Part shown: positions 10,084 to 19,865 of the stretch, piece after piece
Layout of the letters: every line of letters starts with the position of its first letter
How positions within the stretch are numbered: the stretch's first letter is position 1
Source: Bacteroidota bacterium
Lineage (GTDB): Bacteria; Bacteroidota; Bacteroidia; B-17B0; Aurantibacillaceae
Length of the DNA stretch: 64,000 nucleotides
Assembly: GCA_043719555.1 (NCBI GenBank)
Contig: JAYSTR010000085.1
Span: forward strand, 672-64,671
Direction: 5' to 3'
Position numbers and translations under genes: made by a program
Notes under the pieces: model-generated
Seen by the model: the letters and a program-made list of their open reading frames with translations, nothing else
Database searches by the model: none
Told to the model about the DNA's origin: nothing

Positions 10084-13000
10084 TTATTGTAAGTTAAATC
10101 GTAAACTAAATCCGGCATTTGTATTTGCTGTTGGAAACGAGTTTGATGTTTGAGGTGTTGTTTTAACCCAATCATAAAACAAGCGTAAGTTTACATTTTG
10201 AGTTAATTGATAATCAATGGCCGTTTTTAGGGATATAATATTTTGTCCGCCCGTTGGTGTACTTATCTCTTCATTAATACGACGAATAATCGACATATTT
10301 CTGCGGTAAGATAAGTCTAATTTAAAGTTTAAATCGCTCTCAACAGGCTTTCCTTTTATTTTAATGGCATTTATTTTTAATTTCGGATAACGGTAACCAA
10401 CGCCTATTACATATTCTCTGCCGCGTGTTTCAATAATTTGCGGTCCTGTAATATTTAAGTTAACCGTTTTATCTTTTTTAATTTCAAAATTTCCACTCAA
10501 ACCAGGTTTATTAAATTTAACATCAAATTTAATTAAAGGGCTAAATGCTTCGGTAATTGTTGCGCCTTGTATGTTATATTTTGGGTTAAAGTTAGCCGTT
10601 TGTCCTGTTGCAGAGCTTTGCACAGGTACACGACTTAAATTATCTGCATACCCATCTTGGTTGCCATCAAAAAATAAGTTGTTGTTTGTAAAATTACCCA
10701 ATGTATACATAGCACGATAGGAGTGACGCAAGGTAACCGATTGAAAATATTTTTTCATGAATTTTAATTTACCTAAACCATCCCATGTTACTGTCCAGTT
10801 TGGCAATGGAATTTGTTTAAACATTTTATCTGTTGCATTATTTCGTAATTTTTTTCCTGTATAAGTTTCAAAAAATGCACCCATTAATACATCTTGTTGC
10901 GTATTAGAATAGCCATCATAATAGGTTCTTTTTCTAATATCCAGTAATTCACCTTTCGAATCACCATTTTTTGAGGCTAAATCTTTGGCAACATCTGGTC
11001 TAATTAATAAAAACTCCTGAAATAATTCAGATGATCCATCTTTAGTGTTTTTATCTTTAAAAGCTTTTCCTAAGGTAAAAACACTAATACTATAATTACC
11101 ACTATTTGTTGGAGTTTCAAATAAATAACCTTTATTTCTATCGTCACTATTTCGTAATGAATCACCACCATATCTTACATATTGAGATGTATTTGATCCA
11201 TAAGTTTTAGTACCATTAAATTCAATTTTTAAACTTCCATGTGGTTCCACATTGGCACGATATGAAAAATTATTTGATTTTGTTGTAGTATATGGCGTTA
11301 ATTGATTTGTGTTTTGCACTAACCAACCATTATCAATAGATTTACGTAAAATACTATCGTTCATACCAGCTATAAATCCAAAGCCTGGTGCTAAATTTTT
11401 TGCAGGGTCTAATCCGATGTATTTTGAGCTTGGTTCAAAACCAGGTAAACCAGTTCCATTTGTTTGTTGGTAAGTTAATGATACTTGTTTGAGCATCATA
11501 ACTCCTCGGGCTAAAAACTCACCAATATCTTTAAAGTTGTTTTCTTTTTTCGGTTTTAAAGAATCTTCTTTAGTTTTTGGAGCTTTTAATAAACTACTTG
11601 ATTTCCCTTTAGATGAACCACCGCCTGAGTTTACTCGCCTGAAATAAGGAATTTTATTATATAACATCGTCATATTAAAATTACCTGTTAAGTTTTTAGT
11701 GTTGGTATTTTGAATGGTATTACCAACGCTTTCTTGTGCAAATGGCCTGCGAGACCAAGTGTATGAGGAGCTATAACGCGCTGTTGAATTAATAAAATCA
11801 AAGGCAGGAATTTTATTAATAGGTATTTGGTAGTTTACATTAGCAGCATGACGGAAGTTTGTGTTTTCTCCTAATTTTCTAATAATGTTATTTCTAATTT
11901 GAACTTTCTCACTATCGGTATCAATTGCATCAATCGATTCCATAATTCGTCCATCATTATTTGCGTTATAATCAAACTTTAAATTTTTGGTGAAATTCCA
12001 TTGTAATGTATAATTTCGGCTCATTAAAAATGTTTTATTAAACTGAGCTTTGGTTAAATTATCCGAAGAGCCAGTATAAAAACTAGTTAAATCTCTATTT
12101 AGTAACTCACTATAATTTCTATTTAAATCAACATTAAATGCAAAGGAACTTGGCAACGGTGTAAAGTTGATATCCTTAATTAATGCAAACCATTTGTTAT
12201 TGATAATTTTGTTGGTTGATTTTTTAAAAGGGGCCCACGGTTTTGCATTTATCGAATAGTTGTAAGCTAACGCACCTCTGTATGATTTAATAATACTTTT
12301 TTGAATATTTACATTATGTCGTTTTACTTCATTGTAAGCATATGTTACCGAAAAATTGGAAACATCCCAAGGCATTGGTTTAGCGCCTTCTTTTCTTAAG
12401 CCATCTATTTTCACATTCGAAAAATTATAACCTTTTCGTGTTGTTTTATCTTGTGCGTTCTCTTTAATTTGTTTTTTTAATTCTTTGCTTATACTAGGAT
12501 TATCAATTTTAATATCTGGATCGTATGGGCTAAACTGAGGAGTAATAATGGTTTGTCCGTATGAGTAGTATACTGGTACATTTACTTTCCATTTTTCAGG
12601 AAAAAATTTGCCGAGTTGTAAAGTTGTAGTCGCATCATACAAAAAGTTTTTTTCTCTGCTACGTTCACTGATTTTTTTCTCAATACTACCAAAAAATGGA
12701 GTGCTGTATGTTGCAGCTAATGAGGCTTGTCCTAAATCGGCTAATTTAGCTTGCACGCGCCCTGTAGTTGCCCAACCACCTTTATTGGTAAAATCAGTTA
12801 AACGTAATTCATTCACCCAAACTTCTACACATTTTGATAAGCCTCCATTATCAATAGGGTTACGGATACCAATCATAATGCTTTTTATACTCGCTAAATT
12901 AGGATTACCAACAACGGTAATTTTATTATTACCATCTTGTTCTGTAAATGGTTTTTGTATAGCAACTAAATCTAAATTTGTTGTCTCATTTCTGTTAATT

Positions 13001-16000
13001 TTTGCCGCAGCAATTTTCTCAAAATCTATAATAAACTCATTATCATCAGGCCATACTATTGATTTATCGGCATCAAGATTATTATCGTAAACTCCTTTTC
13101 CGGTTAATTTTACAGGGATTTCATACTCATAATAGTTATTTGTAAAGTCGGTACCTAATCGCACAAAAACACTAACATCGCCATCATTTAATGGTTGATC
13201 ATTTAATTTTTCGGCATGCATAAATAGTTTCATTTTTTTAAATGAACGTACATCTAATTCTGTGTTTTTAGTAATTGCTCTGCTGTCGCCATCCTTTAAG
13301 CTGCATACTCTTAACGATAAAGCTTGCTCATTTAATAAGGTTTGATTTGTTGTTTGTGCATTTTGTTGTTGTTCTATTTTTGGAGGCAATACATAGTTTA
13401 CAGGTGTTTTCGATCCATTTTCTTGCAAGCTTACACCAGATACATCAAACGTTGTTGTGTTATCATCATTGGCAATGTATTCGCCTGGTTTTAATAAATC
13501 GTATGCATATCGTCTCCAATCACTTCGTACTAATTCAAAACGGGCTAAACGACAGATAATAGGTTTATCAAAGCCTTTCATAAATACACGCATAAAACGA
13601 ATAGAGTTAAACCCTTCTATTTCTCCAACGGATGATTCAAATTCGCTTACAGGAATTTTAAACTGGTACCATTTTACAGTTTTTTGAATATTATCAATGG
13701 TTGCATTTCCATCAGTAACGTTAACAATATAGTTATGTCCCACATTTGCTGGATTTAAATCCTGAGGCGAAATTTTCACATGGTATTGGTAATAGTTTTC
13801 AACTTCATTTAAGGTATTGTCTTTATTAATATCCTCAATATTTGGAATGTTTGATGCTGCGCTTGGTATAGATTTATCTTCGTATTGATTTTCAGTTGGA
13901 CTATTGCCTTCTGGTCCATTATATTTTTTATATCGTCTAATTGTATTTCCTTCTTCTGCGCTTAAACCATCAAATTTTGAAGCACTTCTAAAAAACTGAT
14001 AATTATCTGAGCTTGGGTCATTACGGGCAGCGTCAACATCAGTACCTGTTGCTCCAGGAAACGAATTTAAGTCGGTAATAAAATTTTTAAACTTTCTTGC
14101 TTCCGCTGTATCTGATAAGCCATCATAGCCAACATCCTGAAAAGGTCTATCATTATTATCGTTTACAAATGAGTTAGAAACGGGTGATATTAATGGTGAA
14201 CTTCCAATATTAGATTCGATGACTGGTAAACTTGAATTGGCTGTGCTTGCACCAGGAACACCATTTTCATACATCATTTTCCCATCTTTTAAAATATCTT
14301 CGCTCACGTTACCTAAGTTAAAATACATATCTCCACTTGGCAAACTCCCTGAATTCATATCAGGGTAGGTAGTCGAATTATAATCACTATTAAACGGATC
14401 CATCATCCAAAACTGAATATACTCTACATTGGCGGCCTGAAAATCATTGGTTTCAATACGACGCATAATACCGCCCCAACGCGTGGATGGATCTTTTAAT
14501 CTTCCATTTGATAAAATACCACTCGATTTTGCTAAAGTATTTGGCTTTACATCATAATTATAAGGTCCACGCTCTCCTGGATAAAAAGCCATATCTAAAA
14601 CTGATAATACAACTGGTTGGTTGTTAGCCGGTGTTTTACTAGGGAATAATTCTGTTTCTAAAACCTGACGCATGAAGTTATTAGAATAAGTTTCTTTAGT
14701 TATGTTACTTGGCTTTGAACTATTACTTGTTCCGTAAAAAATCGGATCAATGGTGTACCAGTTAAATTGCGCACGGTTTTTACCTGTATTTATATCGTCA
14801 AATAATGATGCTTCTGGAAACAAACGAGGTTGGCCTTGAGGTATACTTGCCAATTGCCATGCACTAGGGCTTTTTAAATCGATTAAAGAAATACTTCCTT
14901 CAAAATCATCAATGTATGAATTTCCGCTTTTTCCAATAGCTTTGGAATTACCTGGTATTAACTGAGCAAATTCTCCCTGAGTAGTAATACTGCTCATTTC
15001 CTTAGTATTGATTAATGGTATTTTATCAATTAAACGGGTTAAAAAAGGTACGTCAGTTTTGTAGTTATAATCTACACCCCAAATAATATTTGATACAGGC
15101 TCATCACCAATATTTACTTTTTGGGTAATTGGTTTTTCATTTAAACGCAAAAATGTACCCCCTAAAGTTAAATCACGATTAACAATAAAATCTAAACGTG
15201 TACCCATTAAACTTTTTTGTTGCACATTAAATAAAGAGTTACTCTCTGTACTTACCTTAATATTAGCGCCTGAGTTTAAAATACTTTCGTTAATAATTTT
15301 AACACGCCCTAATGTATAATCAACTGTATAATCAACGTTTTCTGTTAATTTTTGTCCGTTAGCAGTAACCACAACTGAGCCTTGCGGTATGTTTAAGGCG
15401 TTTAACGAAATCTCTGATCCGGCCGATGATTTGTATGAACCCTTAATTTTGTAACGATTTTTTTCGGGTAACTGCATCGCGTTAGTTCTTGTTGAATCAT
15501 ACAATTCCTGAAAAATATATTTGTTGGCATTTGGAAAATCAGATGCAGCAAACTTTGATCGTAAGTTATTACCAAAAGGTTCTTTTGATGATAAATAAAC
15601 TCTTCCATTATTTGGATTAATTGTAAAATCTTTAATGAAGTCAAAAACACCATCTGGGCTTCTATCTCCATTCACATTTAATTTATCTAAATCCATTGCT
15701 TGCACTAATAACTTGCCATTAATAGCACCGTATGGAATATATGGAATATCAATTCCTGTTTCGATATTATTATAATAGATATCGCATTTAAAATCTTGAG
15801 CATTTAAATTGTATGCTCCTAAAGAATAAACGTTTTTCATCATTAAATCCCAATTACTGTATTTAGGATTTGTGTTTGAACCACTCTTTAATAATTTTAA
15901 GTATAATGGTCCAGATGTAAACTGATCGCTAAACTCACCTACTTGATAGTTTTTACCGTTATAGGTGTATTGGTAAGCAACTGCAACAGACTGATCATTA

Positions 16001-17481
16001 CTAATAGTTTGGTTAATAGAAATAAAACCCAAACGTGTGTTGTAGGTAAACTCAGTAGGATTTAATTTACGCGCGTTTTGATAAAACTCAAAATCACGAG
16101 CAGGAGTCATAAATTTACCTCCATTACAAGTATTACCAACATTTGCTTGTAAGTTGGAGGTTACTGCAGATGCATTTGCGGATAAACGCGGAGGCATTAA
16201 GTTATTACTAGTATCCGTTAAAATTTTATATAAATTATTGGCATTATTATCTGGAAAATCTCCTGGAGCATCAACAATTACAAAAATAGGATTTGTACCG
16301 CAAGTTGGGTCTCTTAAATCTTTATTAACGTGGGTTGAATCCTCTCCTAAATCAGTAAAGGCTGCGTAGCTTCGCACTTGCTCTGCATTACCAGATAAGT
16401 TAGAAACGTAAACCTCAATTTTAGTAATAACGATAGGCGTTGTAACAACGGGTAGAGTACTCATCCATTGGTCGTAATTATCTCTAAAATAATGTCCTAA
16501 GAAAAAATGTTTGTTAACCTCGTAGTTATCTGCACTAACCGAAAAATATTGTGTTTGTGCGCCGCCTTGTACCGAAACCTCTTGTTTTTTACCACGTTGT
16601 TGCGATAATAAAGCCGTTGCTGTTAAACGCCCAAACTGAAATTTAGTTTTAACACCAAATAAACTTTGGCTACCTTGTATTAACGATGAGTTTAAAGGTA
16701 AAGCAACGTTACCAGCTTCAATTGTTTTTAAAATTTCATCCTCGTAACCGTTGTATTCAATTTTCATTTGATTTTCCCAATCAAAAGAAGCCTCGGTATT
16801 ATAACTTGTAGAGATGCGTAATTTATCACCAATTTTACCAATTAGGTTTAATTGAATACGCATATTAAAATCGAAATTGGTAACCTTTTGCTGACGCTGA
16901 GGAATAGCAGGGTTTAAGGTTTTGTTTCGGTTTAATGCGAAAATTAACTCCGCAGTTCCTGCAGGTTTAATATCAACAGTGTTTCCACCAAAAATACGAT
17001 CAAATAACTCGCTATTAACTTGTAATTTAGGAACTAAACTTTTTTTATTTTGGTTTACTAAATCGTCTGCTTTGATTTTCGATTTCCAATGATCTTTAAC
17101 GGCTTGCTTAAATAATTGATCTTGGTAATCCTGAAACTCCACATAGGTTTCAGGGCGATAATCCATATTACCAATCTTTTGCTTAATGTCGTAGTTTCCC
17201 GTACTTGGATTGTATTCTGTTGATGTATTTACGTTTGCTGGGTTTTCTAAATATAATTTACTCTTATCATCATAATTTGGCTGACCGCCATTATTATCGT
17301 TAAAAGGAAAATGTAATTCGTCTTTGCCAACAATAGGGGAGTCTATTACGGTAGCAAATGGGCTTTTGCTATAGTTTGGTTTTGATAACGGATTGCTTTT
17401 AGCCTTAGAGCTAACTACAATACTCATTAACCCAGCCGAGCAAGTACCAATTACAAGAAATTTTATAACTCCTTTTACCAC
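10084..17481 (-). CDS. sprA: T9SS translocon / gliding motility protein SprA
   Basis: 2465-aa giant outer-membrane beta-barrel protein of Bacteroidota. Size and sequence character match SprA (Sov), and it sits next to ruvA. Confidence 0.9.
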   Translation of the reverse strand: MVKGVIKFLVIGTCSAGLMSIVVSSKAKSNPLSKPNYSKSPFATVIDSPIVGKDELHFPFNDNNGGQPNYDDKSKLYLENPANVNTSTEYNPSTGNYDIKQKIGNMDYRPETYVEFQDYQDQLFKQAVKDHWKSKIKADDLVNQNKKSLVPKLQVNSELFDRIFGGNTVDIKPAGTAELIFALNRNKTLNPAIPQRQQKVTNFDFNMRIQLNLIGKIGDKLRISTSYNTEASFDWENQMKIEYNGYEDEILKTIEAGNVALPLNSSLIQGSQSLFGVKTKFQFGRLTATALLSQQRGKKQEVSVQGGAQTQYFSVSADNYEVNKHFFLGHYFRDNYDQWMSTLPVVTTPIVITKIEVYVSNLSGNAEQVRSYAAFTDLGEDSTHVNKDLRDPTCGTNPIFVIVDAPGDFPDNNANNLYKILTDTSNNLMPPRLSANASAVTSNLQANVGNTCNGGKFMTPARDFEFYQNARKLNPTEFTYNTRLGFISINQTISNDQSVAVAYQYTYNGKNYQVGEFSDQFTSGPLYLKLLKSGSNTNPKYSNWDLMMKNVYSLGAYNLNAQDFKCDIYYNNIETGIDIPYIPYGAINGKLLVQAMDLDKLNVNGDRSPDGVFDFIKDFTINPNNGRVYLSSKEPFGNNLRSKFAASDFPNANKYIFQELYDSTRTNAMQLPEKNRYKIKGSYKSSAGSEISLNALNIPQGSVVVTANGQKLTENVDYTVDYTLGRVKIINESILNSGANIKVSTESNSLFNVQQKSLMGTRLDFIVNRDLTLGGTFLRLNEKPITQKVNIGDEPVSNIIWGVDYNYKTDVPFLTRLIDKIPLINTKEMSSITTQGEFAQLIPGNSKAIGKSGNSYIDDFEGSISLIDLKSPSAWQLASIPQGQPRLFPEASLFDDINTGKNRAQFNWYTIDPIFYGTSNSSKPSNITKETYSNNFMRQVLETELFPSKTPANNQPVVLSVLDMAFYPGERGPYNYDVKPNTLAKSSGILSNGRLKDPSTRWGGIMRRIETNDFQAANVEYIQFWMMDPFNSDYNSTTYPDMNSGSLPSGDMYFNLGNVSEDILKDGKMMYENGVPGASTANSSLPVIESNIGSSPLISPVSNSFVNDNNDRPFQDVGYDGLSDTAEARKFKNFITDLNSFPGATGTDVDAARNDPSSDNYQFFRSASKFDGLSAEEGNTIRRYKKYNGPEGNSPTENQYEDKSIPSAASNIPNIEDINKDNTLNEVENYYQYHVKISPQDLNPANVGHNYIVNVTDGNATIDNIQKTVKWYQFKIPVSEFESSVGEIEGFNSIRFMRVFMKGFDKPIICRLARFELVRSDWRRYAYDLLKPGEYIANDDNTTTFDVSGVSLQENGSKTPVNYVLPPKIEQQQNAQTTNQTLLNEQALSLRVCSLKDGDSRAITKNTELDVRSFKKMKLFMHAEKLNDQPLNDGDVSVFVRLGTDFTNNYYEYEIPVKLTGKGVYDNNLDADKSIVWPDDNEFIIDFEKIAAAKINRNETTNLDLVAIQKPFTEQDGNNKITVVGNPNLASIKSIMIGIRNPIDNGGLSKCVEVWVNELRLTDFTNKGGWATTGRVQAKLADLGQASLAATYSTPFFGSIEKKISERSREKNFLYDATTTLQLGKFFPEKWKVNVPVYYSYGQTIITPQFSPYDPDIKIDNPSISKELKKQIKENAQDKTTRKGYNFSNVKIDGLRKEGAKPMPWDVSNFSVTYAYNEVKRHNVNIQKSIIKSYRGALAYNYSINAKPWAPFKKSTNKIINNKWFALIKDINFTPLPSSFAFNVDLNRNYSELLNRDLTSFYTGSSDNLTKAQFNKTFLMSRNYTLQWNFTKNLKFDYNANNDGRIMESIDAIDTDSEKVQIRNNIIRKLGENTNFRHAANVNYQIPINKIPAFDFINSTARYSSSYTWSRRPFAQESVGNTIQNTNTKNLTGNFNMTMLYNKIPYFRRVNSGGGSSKGKSSSLLKAPKTKEDSLKPKKENNFKDIGEFLARGVMMLKQVSLTYQQTNGTGLPGFEPSSKYIGLDPAKNLAPGFGFIAGMNDSILRKSIDNGWLVQNTNQLTPYTTTKSNNFSYRANVEPHGSLKIEFNGTKTYGSNTSQYVRYGGDSLRNSDDRNKGYLFETPTNSGNYSISVFTLGKAFKDKNTKDGSSELFQEFLLIRPDVAKDLASKNGDSKGELLDIRKRTYYDGYSNTQQDVLMGAFFETYTGKKLRNNATDKMFKQIPLPNWTVTWDGLGKLKFMKKYFQSVTLRHSYRAMYTLGNFTNNNLFFDGNQDGYADNLSRVPVQSSATGQTANFNPKYNIQGATITEAFSPLIKFDVKFNKPGLSGNFEIKKDKTVNLNITGPQIIETRGREYVIGVGYRYPKLKINAIKIKGKPVESDLNFKLDLSYRRNMSIIRRINEEISTPTGGQNIISLKTAIDYQLTQNVNLRLFYDWVKTTPQTSNSFPTANTNAGFSLRFNLQ

Positions 17482-17488
17482 GTATTAG

Positions 17489-18082
17489 TTAAATATTTTT
17501 TAGCGCTGATTTTATCAGCAGTTCAACATTATCAGTAGATACACCTTGCTGTTTAATAGATTTTTCTATCGCTTTTTCGGCTGCCAATTTCTGAAAACCA
17601 AGTGTAACTAGTGCCATTAACGCCTCATCTTTATTTTTATTGTATGCAGGGCTTAAAATTTGAGAAATTCCACCTTCGTGTTTTCCCATTTTTCCTTTTA
17701 AATCAACCACAATACGCTGAGCCGTTTTTTCGCCAATGCCTTTAATGCTTTTTAATAAAGCGACATTGGCCGTGTTAATGGCTCCTGCAATTTCGGGAGC
17801 AGATAACGAGGATAGCATAAGTACGGCACTACCGCCACCAACACCAGATACCGAAATAAGCTTACGGAATAAATCACGCTCCTCGGCATCAAAAAAACCA
17901 AAGTACTTAGGATTATCGTCGCGCACATACACGCTTTCGATATATAATTTAGCCTGAGTAAGAGGTTGAATTTTGGAATAGGTATTTAGCGATATAGTAA
18001 CGCCATAACCAACCCCATGGGTTTCAATAACCACAAAAGCAGGGTTTAATTCAGCAATTTGACCAGATACGTAATTTATCAT
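17489..18082 (-). CDS. ruvA: Holliday junction branch migration complex subunit RuvA
   Basis: MINYVSGQI...VIETHGVGY N-terminus and the HhH motif KGIGEKTAQRIV. Confidence 0.9.
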   Translation of the reverse strand: MINYVSGQIAELNPAFVVIETHGVGYGVTISLNTYSKIQPLTQAKLYIESVYVRDDNPKYFGFFDAEERDLFRKLISVSGVGGGSAVLMLSSLSAPEIAGAINTANVALLKSIKGIGEKTAQRIVVDLKGKMGKHEGGISQILSPAYNKNKDEALMALVTLGFQKLAAEKAIEKSIKQQGVSTDNVELLIKSALKNI

Positions 18083-18281
18083 ACAAGAGTGTGAAAGTAA
18101 CTAAAAATGTACGAATTTTTAAATATAACAAGCATTTTATTGCACTGTAAATCAGTTGTTTGCAAATAAAACAGACGCTTGTTTAACAGCCATTTGTTAA
18201 TATAATTTTAATGATATGTTAATGTAAATAACATTTACGATGTTTTTTTTGTAAATTTGTTGAACTAAAAAATTAAACACT

Positions 18282-18914
18282 TTGGAAATAGTATTAGTTG
18301 TTACTCTTTTAATTGCCGGTTATTTATTAGGTTCGATACCAACAGCTGTTTGGTGGGGGCAAAAATATTACGGAATTGATGTTCGTGAATTTGGTAGTGG
18401 TAATGCCGGAGCTACTAATACTTTTAGAGTATTAGGCAAAAAAGCTGGTATCCCTGTTTTAATTATTGATATAGTAAAAGGTAGCGCTGCTGTGTTACTG
18501 GCTTTCTTTTCTACTTATGAGTTTGATAGCAATGAGTTTGTAAACTTACAATTAGCTTTGGGTATGACGGCTTTAGTTGGCCATGTGTTCCCGATTTTTG
18601 CAGGCTTTAGAGGCGGAAAAGGCGTAGCTACTATTTTAGGCGTAGTTATTTGCTTAACACCAATTACTAGCTTGTTAGTATTATTAGTGTTTTTAACGGT
18701 TTTATTAACTACTCGTTTTGTATCCTTATCATCTATTACGGCAGGTATTAGCTTCCCGATATTATTGAATTTAGTACTTAAAAACCAAAACCAAACTTTG
18801 ATTATTTTTTCGATTTTTGTGGCGGTATTATTAGTAGTGACTCACAAAAAAAACATTACCCGCTTATTTAAAAAACAAGAACCTAAGGTTAATTTGTTTG
18901 CTAGTAAAGCCTAA
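18282..18914 (+). CDS. plsY: Glycerol-3-phosphate acyltransferase PlsY
   Basis: GSIPTAVW, GSGNAGATN and FRGGKGVAT motifs. TTG start, with a TAAATTTG -7-like box at 18252-18259. Confidence 0.85.
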   Translation: MEIVLVVTLLIAGYLLGSIPTAVWWGQKYYGIDVREFGSGNAGATNTFRVLGKKAGIPVLIIDIVKGSAAVLLAFFSTYEFDSNEFVNLQLALGMTALVGHVFPIFAGFRGGKGVATILGVVICLTPITSLLVLLVFLTVLLTTRFVSLSSITAGISFPILLNLVLKNQNQTLIIFSIFVAVLLVVTHKKNITRLFKKQEPKVNLFASKA

Positions 18915-18934
18915 TTTTAAAATTATATATTATG

Positions 18935-18966
18935 AAAAAACCGAAGCTAATAGTTTCGGTTTTTTG
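18935..18966. terminator. Rho-independent terminator after plsY
   Basis: aaaaaaccgaa-gctaatagt-ttcggtttttt hairpin with a T tract. Confidence 0.6.
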
Positions 18967-19006
18967 TTTTTGTGAATAATGTTTTGCGACTACGCGCCCG
19001 TTTTTT

Positions 19007-19070
19007 ACCTGTCCAATTTATGCCTTTTTACGTTAACCCGCAAGAAATTGTGCTTAGGCGTTGTTAGCAG
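19007..19070 (-). repeat. attC-like site A (degenerate), immediately 3' of ORF 19079-19639
   Basis: On the coding strand: CTGCTAAC-AACGCCTAAGCA-CAATTT...AAATTG-GACAGGT. Its right arm (19037-19070) is homologous to 19816-19845. The partner arm is weak, and the predicted R' lacks GTT. Confidence 0.3.
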
Positions 19071-19078
19071 TTGTGGCT

Positions 19079-19639
19079 TTACACAGTCTTAGGTTTCCAG
19101 GTCTTGTCGAACGGTCGATTTTCGCCAGTTACGTTTCCGATGTCTATGGTTACTAAATTATTTGCAGAACCGCCGTTATTTGGTGCGTCCAAGATTATTG
19201 AAACAAGAATTAATGGAATAAAGTCAATATTATTGTCAACTAATAATTGAAATATGTCGTTACTATTAAATGAAATATTATTAAGTTGAACAATTGAAGC
19301 CACTTGTATTGAGTCTTTGAAGATTGACACTTTTTTACCTAAATGCTGTACAATCTCATATCTTGTGTCACCTATTGTGATTTCGTAATGCGGTTTAAAT
19401 CTAGTAAGCTGTGTGAACTGTCCAACTACGTTATTATATTTGATGTCAAATATTCTTTTGCGAAATGGTCTGAAACGGCGTTTAGCTTCTATTAGTTGTC
19501 TGCTGCCTTTATGTATTACAATATTATCAAATATTAAGAAGCCTGTATTTTCTCCTATGAATTTTTCATTGGTTTCATTTACAGTTATTATGTATCGTTC
19601 ACCAATTTCAAGACTTGGTTCTTTGATAATTATTTCCAT
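19079..19639 (-). CDS. Hypothetical protein (orphan, cassette-borne candidate)
   Basis: 186-aa ORF with an ATG start and no signal peptide. I recognise no family by eye. There is a weak resemblance to repeated beta-strand (LURP-one/tubby-like) patterns only. Confidence 0.55.
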   Translation of the reverse strand: MEIIIKEPSLEIGERYIITVNETNEKFIGENTGFLIFDNIVIHKGSRQLIEAKRRFRPFRKRIFDIKYNNVVGQFTQLTRFKPHYEITIGDTRYEIVQHLGKKVSIFKDSIQVASIVQLNNISFNSNDIFQLLVDNNIDFIPLILVSIILDAPNNGGSANNLVTIDIGNVTGENRPFDKTWKPKTV

Positions 19640-19671
19640 AAGTGTCGTGCTTGTGTTTTATCAAGCCATTA

Positions 19672-19845
19672 CTGCTAACGTTTTCGCAATTTGCTTCAGG
19701 CGGGTTGAAACCGTTTCTACCGAAATGCTTATAACAAAGCTAAATGTAATTAGCCAATTGCAAAAGAAAAATAAAAAAAGTTTTCTACCGCTTTTTGCAA
19801 TTGCTTTGATGTCTGCCCCGCTTGAGCAAATTGTGTGTTAGGTGC
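19672..19845 (-). repeat. attC-like site B: 174-nt nested imperfect palindrome between the two orphan ORFs
   Basis: The arms are 19674-19704 (gctaacgttttcgcaatttgcttcaggcggg) and 19816-19845 (ccccgcttgagcaaattgtgtgttaggtgc). They pair CTAAC/GTTAG, then an unequal spacer, then CAATTTGCT (9 bp), a 1-nt bulge and GCGGG. An inner inverted repeat, caattgcaaaag (19755-19766) / ctttttgcaattg (19791-19803), lies inside. Confidence 0.5.
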
Positions 19846-19865
19846 TGGCGATTAGCTCTTTCTAT

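Noticed and set aside
12608-16369. Plus-strand ORFs of 71-160 aa inside sprA (12608-13090, 13275-13559, 13457-13687, 16154-16369). There are similar antisense ORFs inside pruA, cca, the GapN-like gene, maeB, ftsK, the MFS gene and the giant gene.
   Set aside because: All lie fully inside long, well-supported genes on the opposite strand. Their composition is low-complexity or hydrophobic, as expected from antisense reading of AT-rich codons, and none has a recognisable motif.
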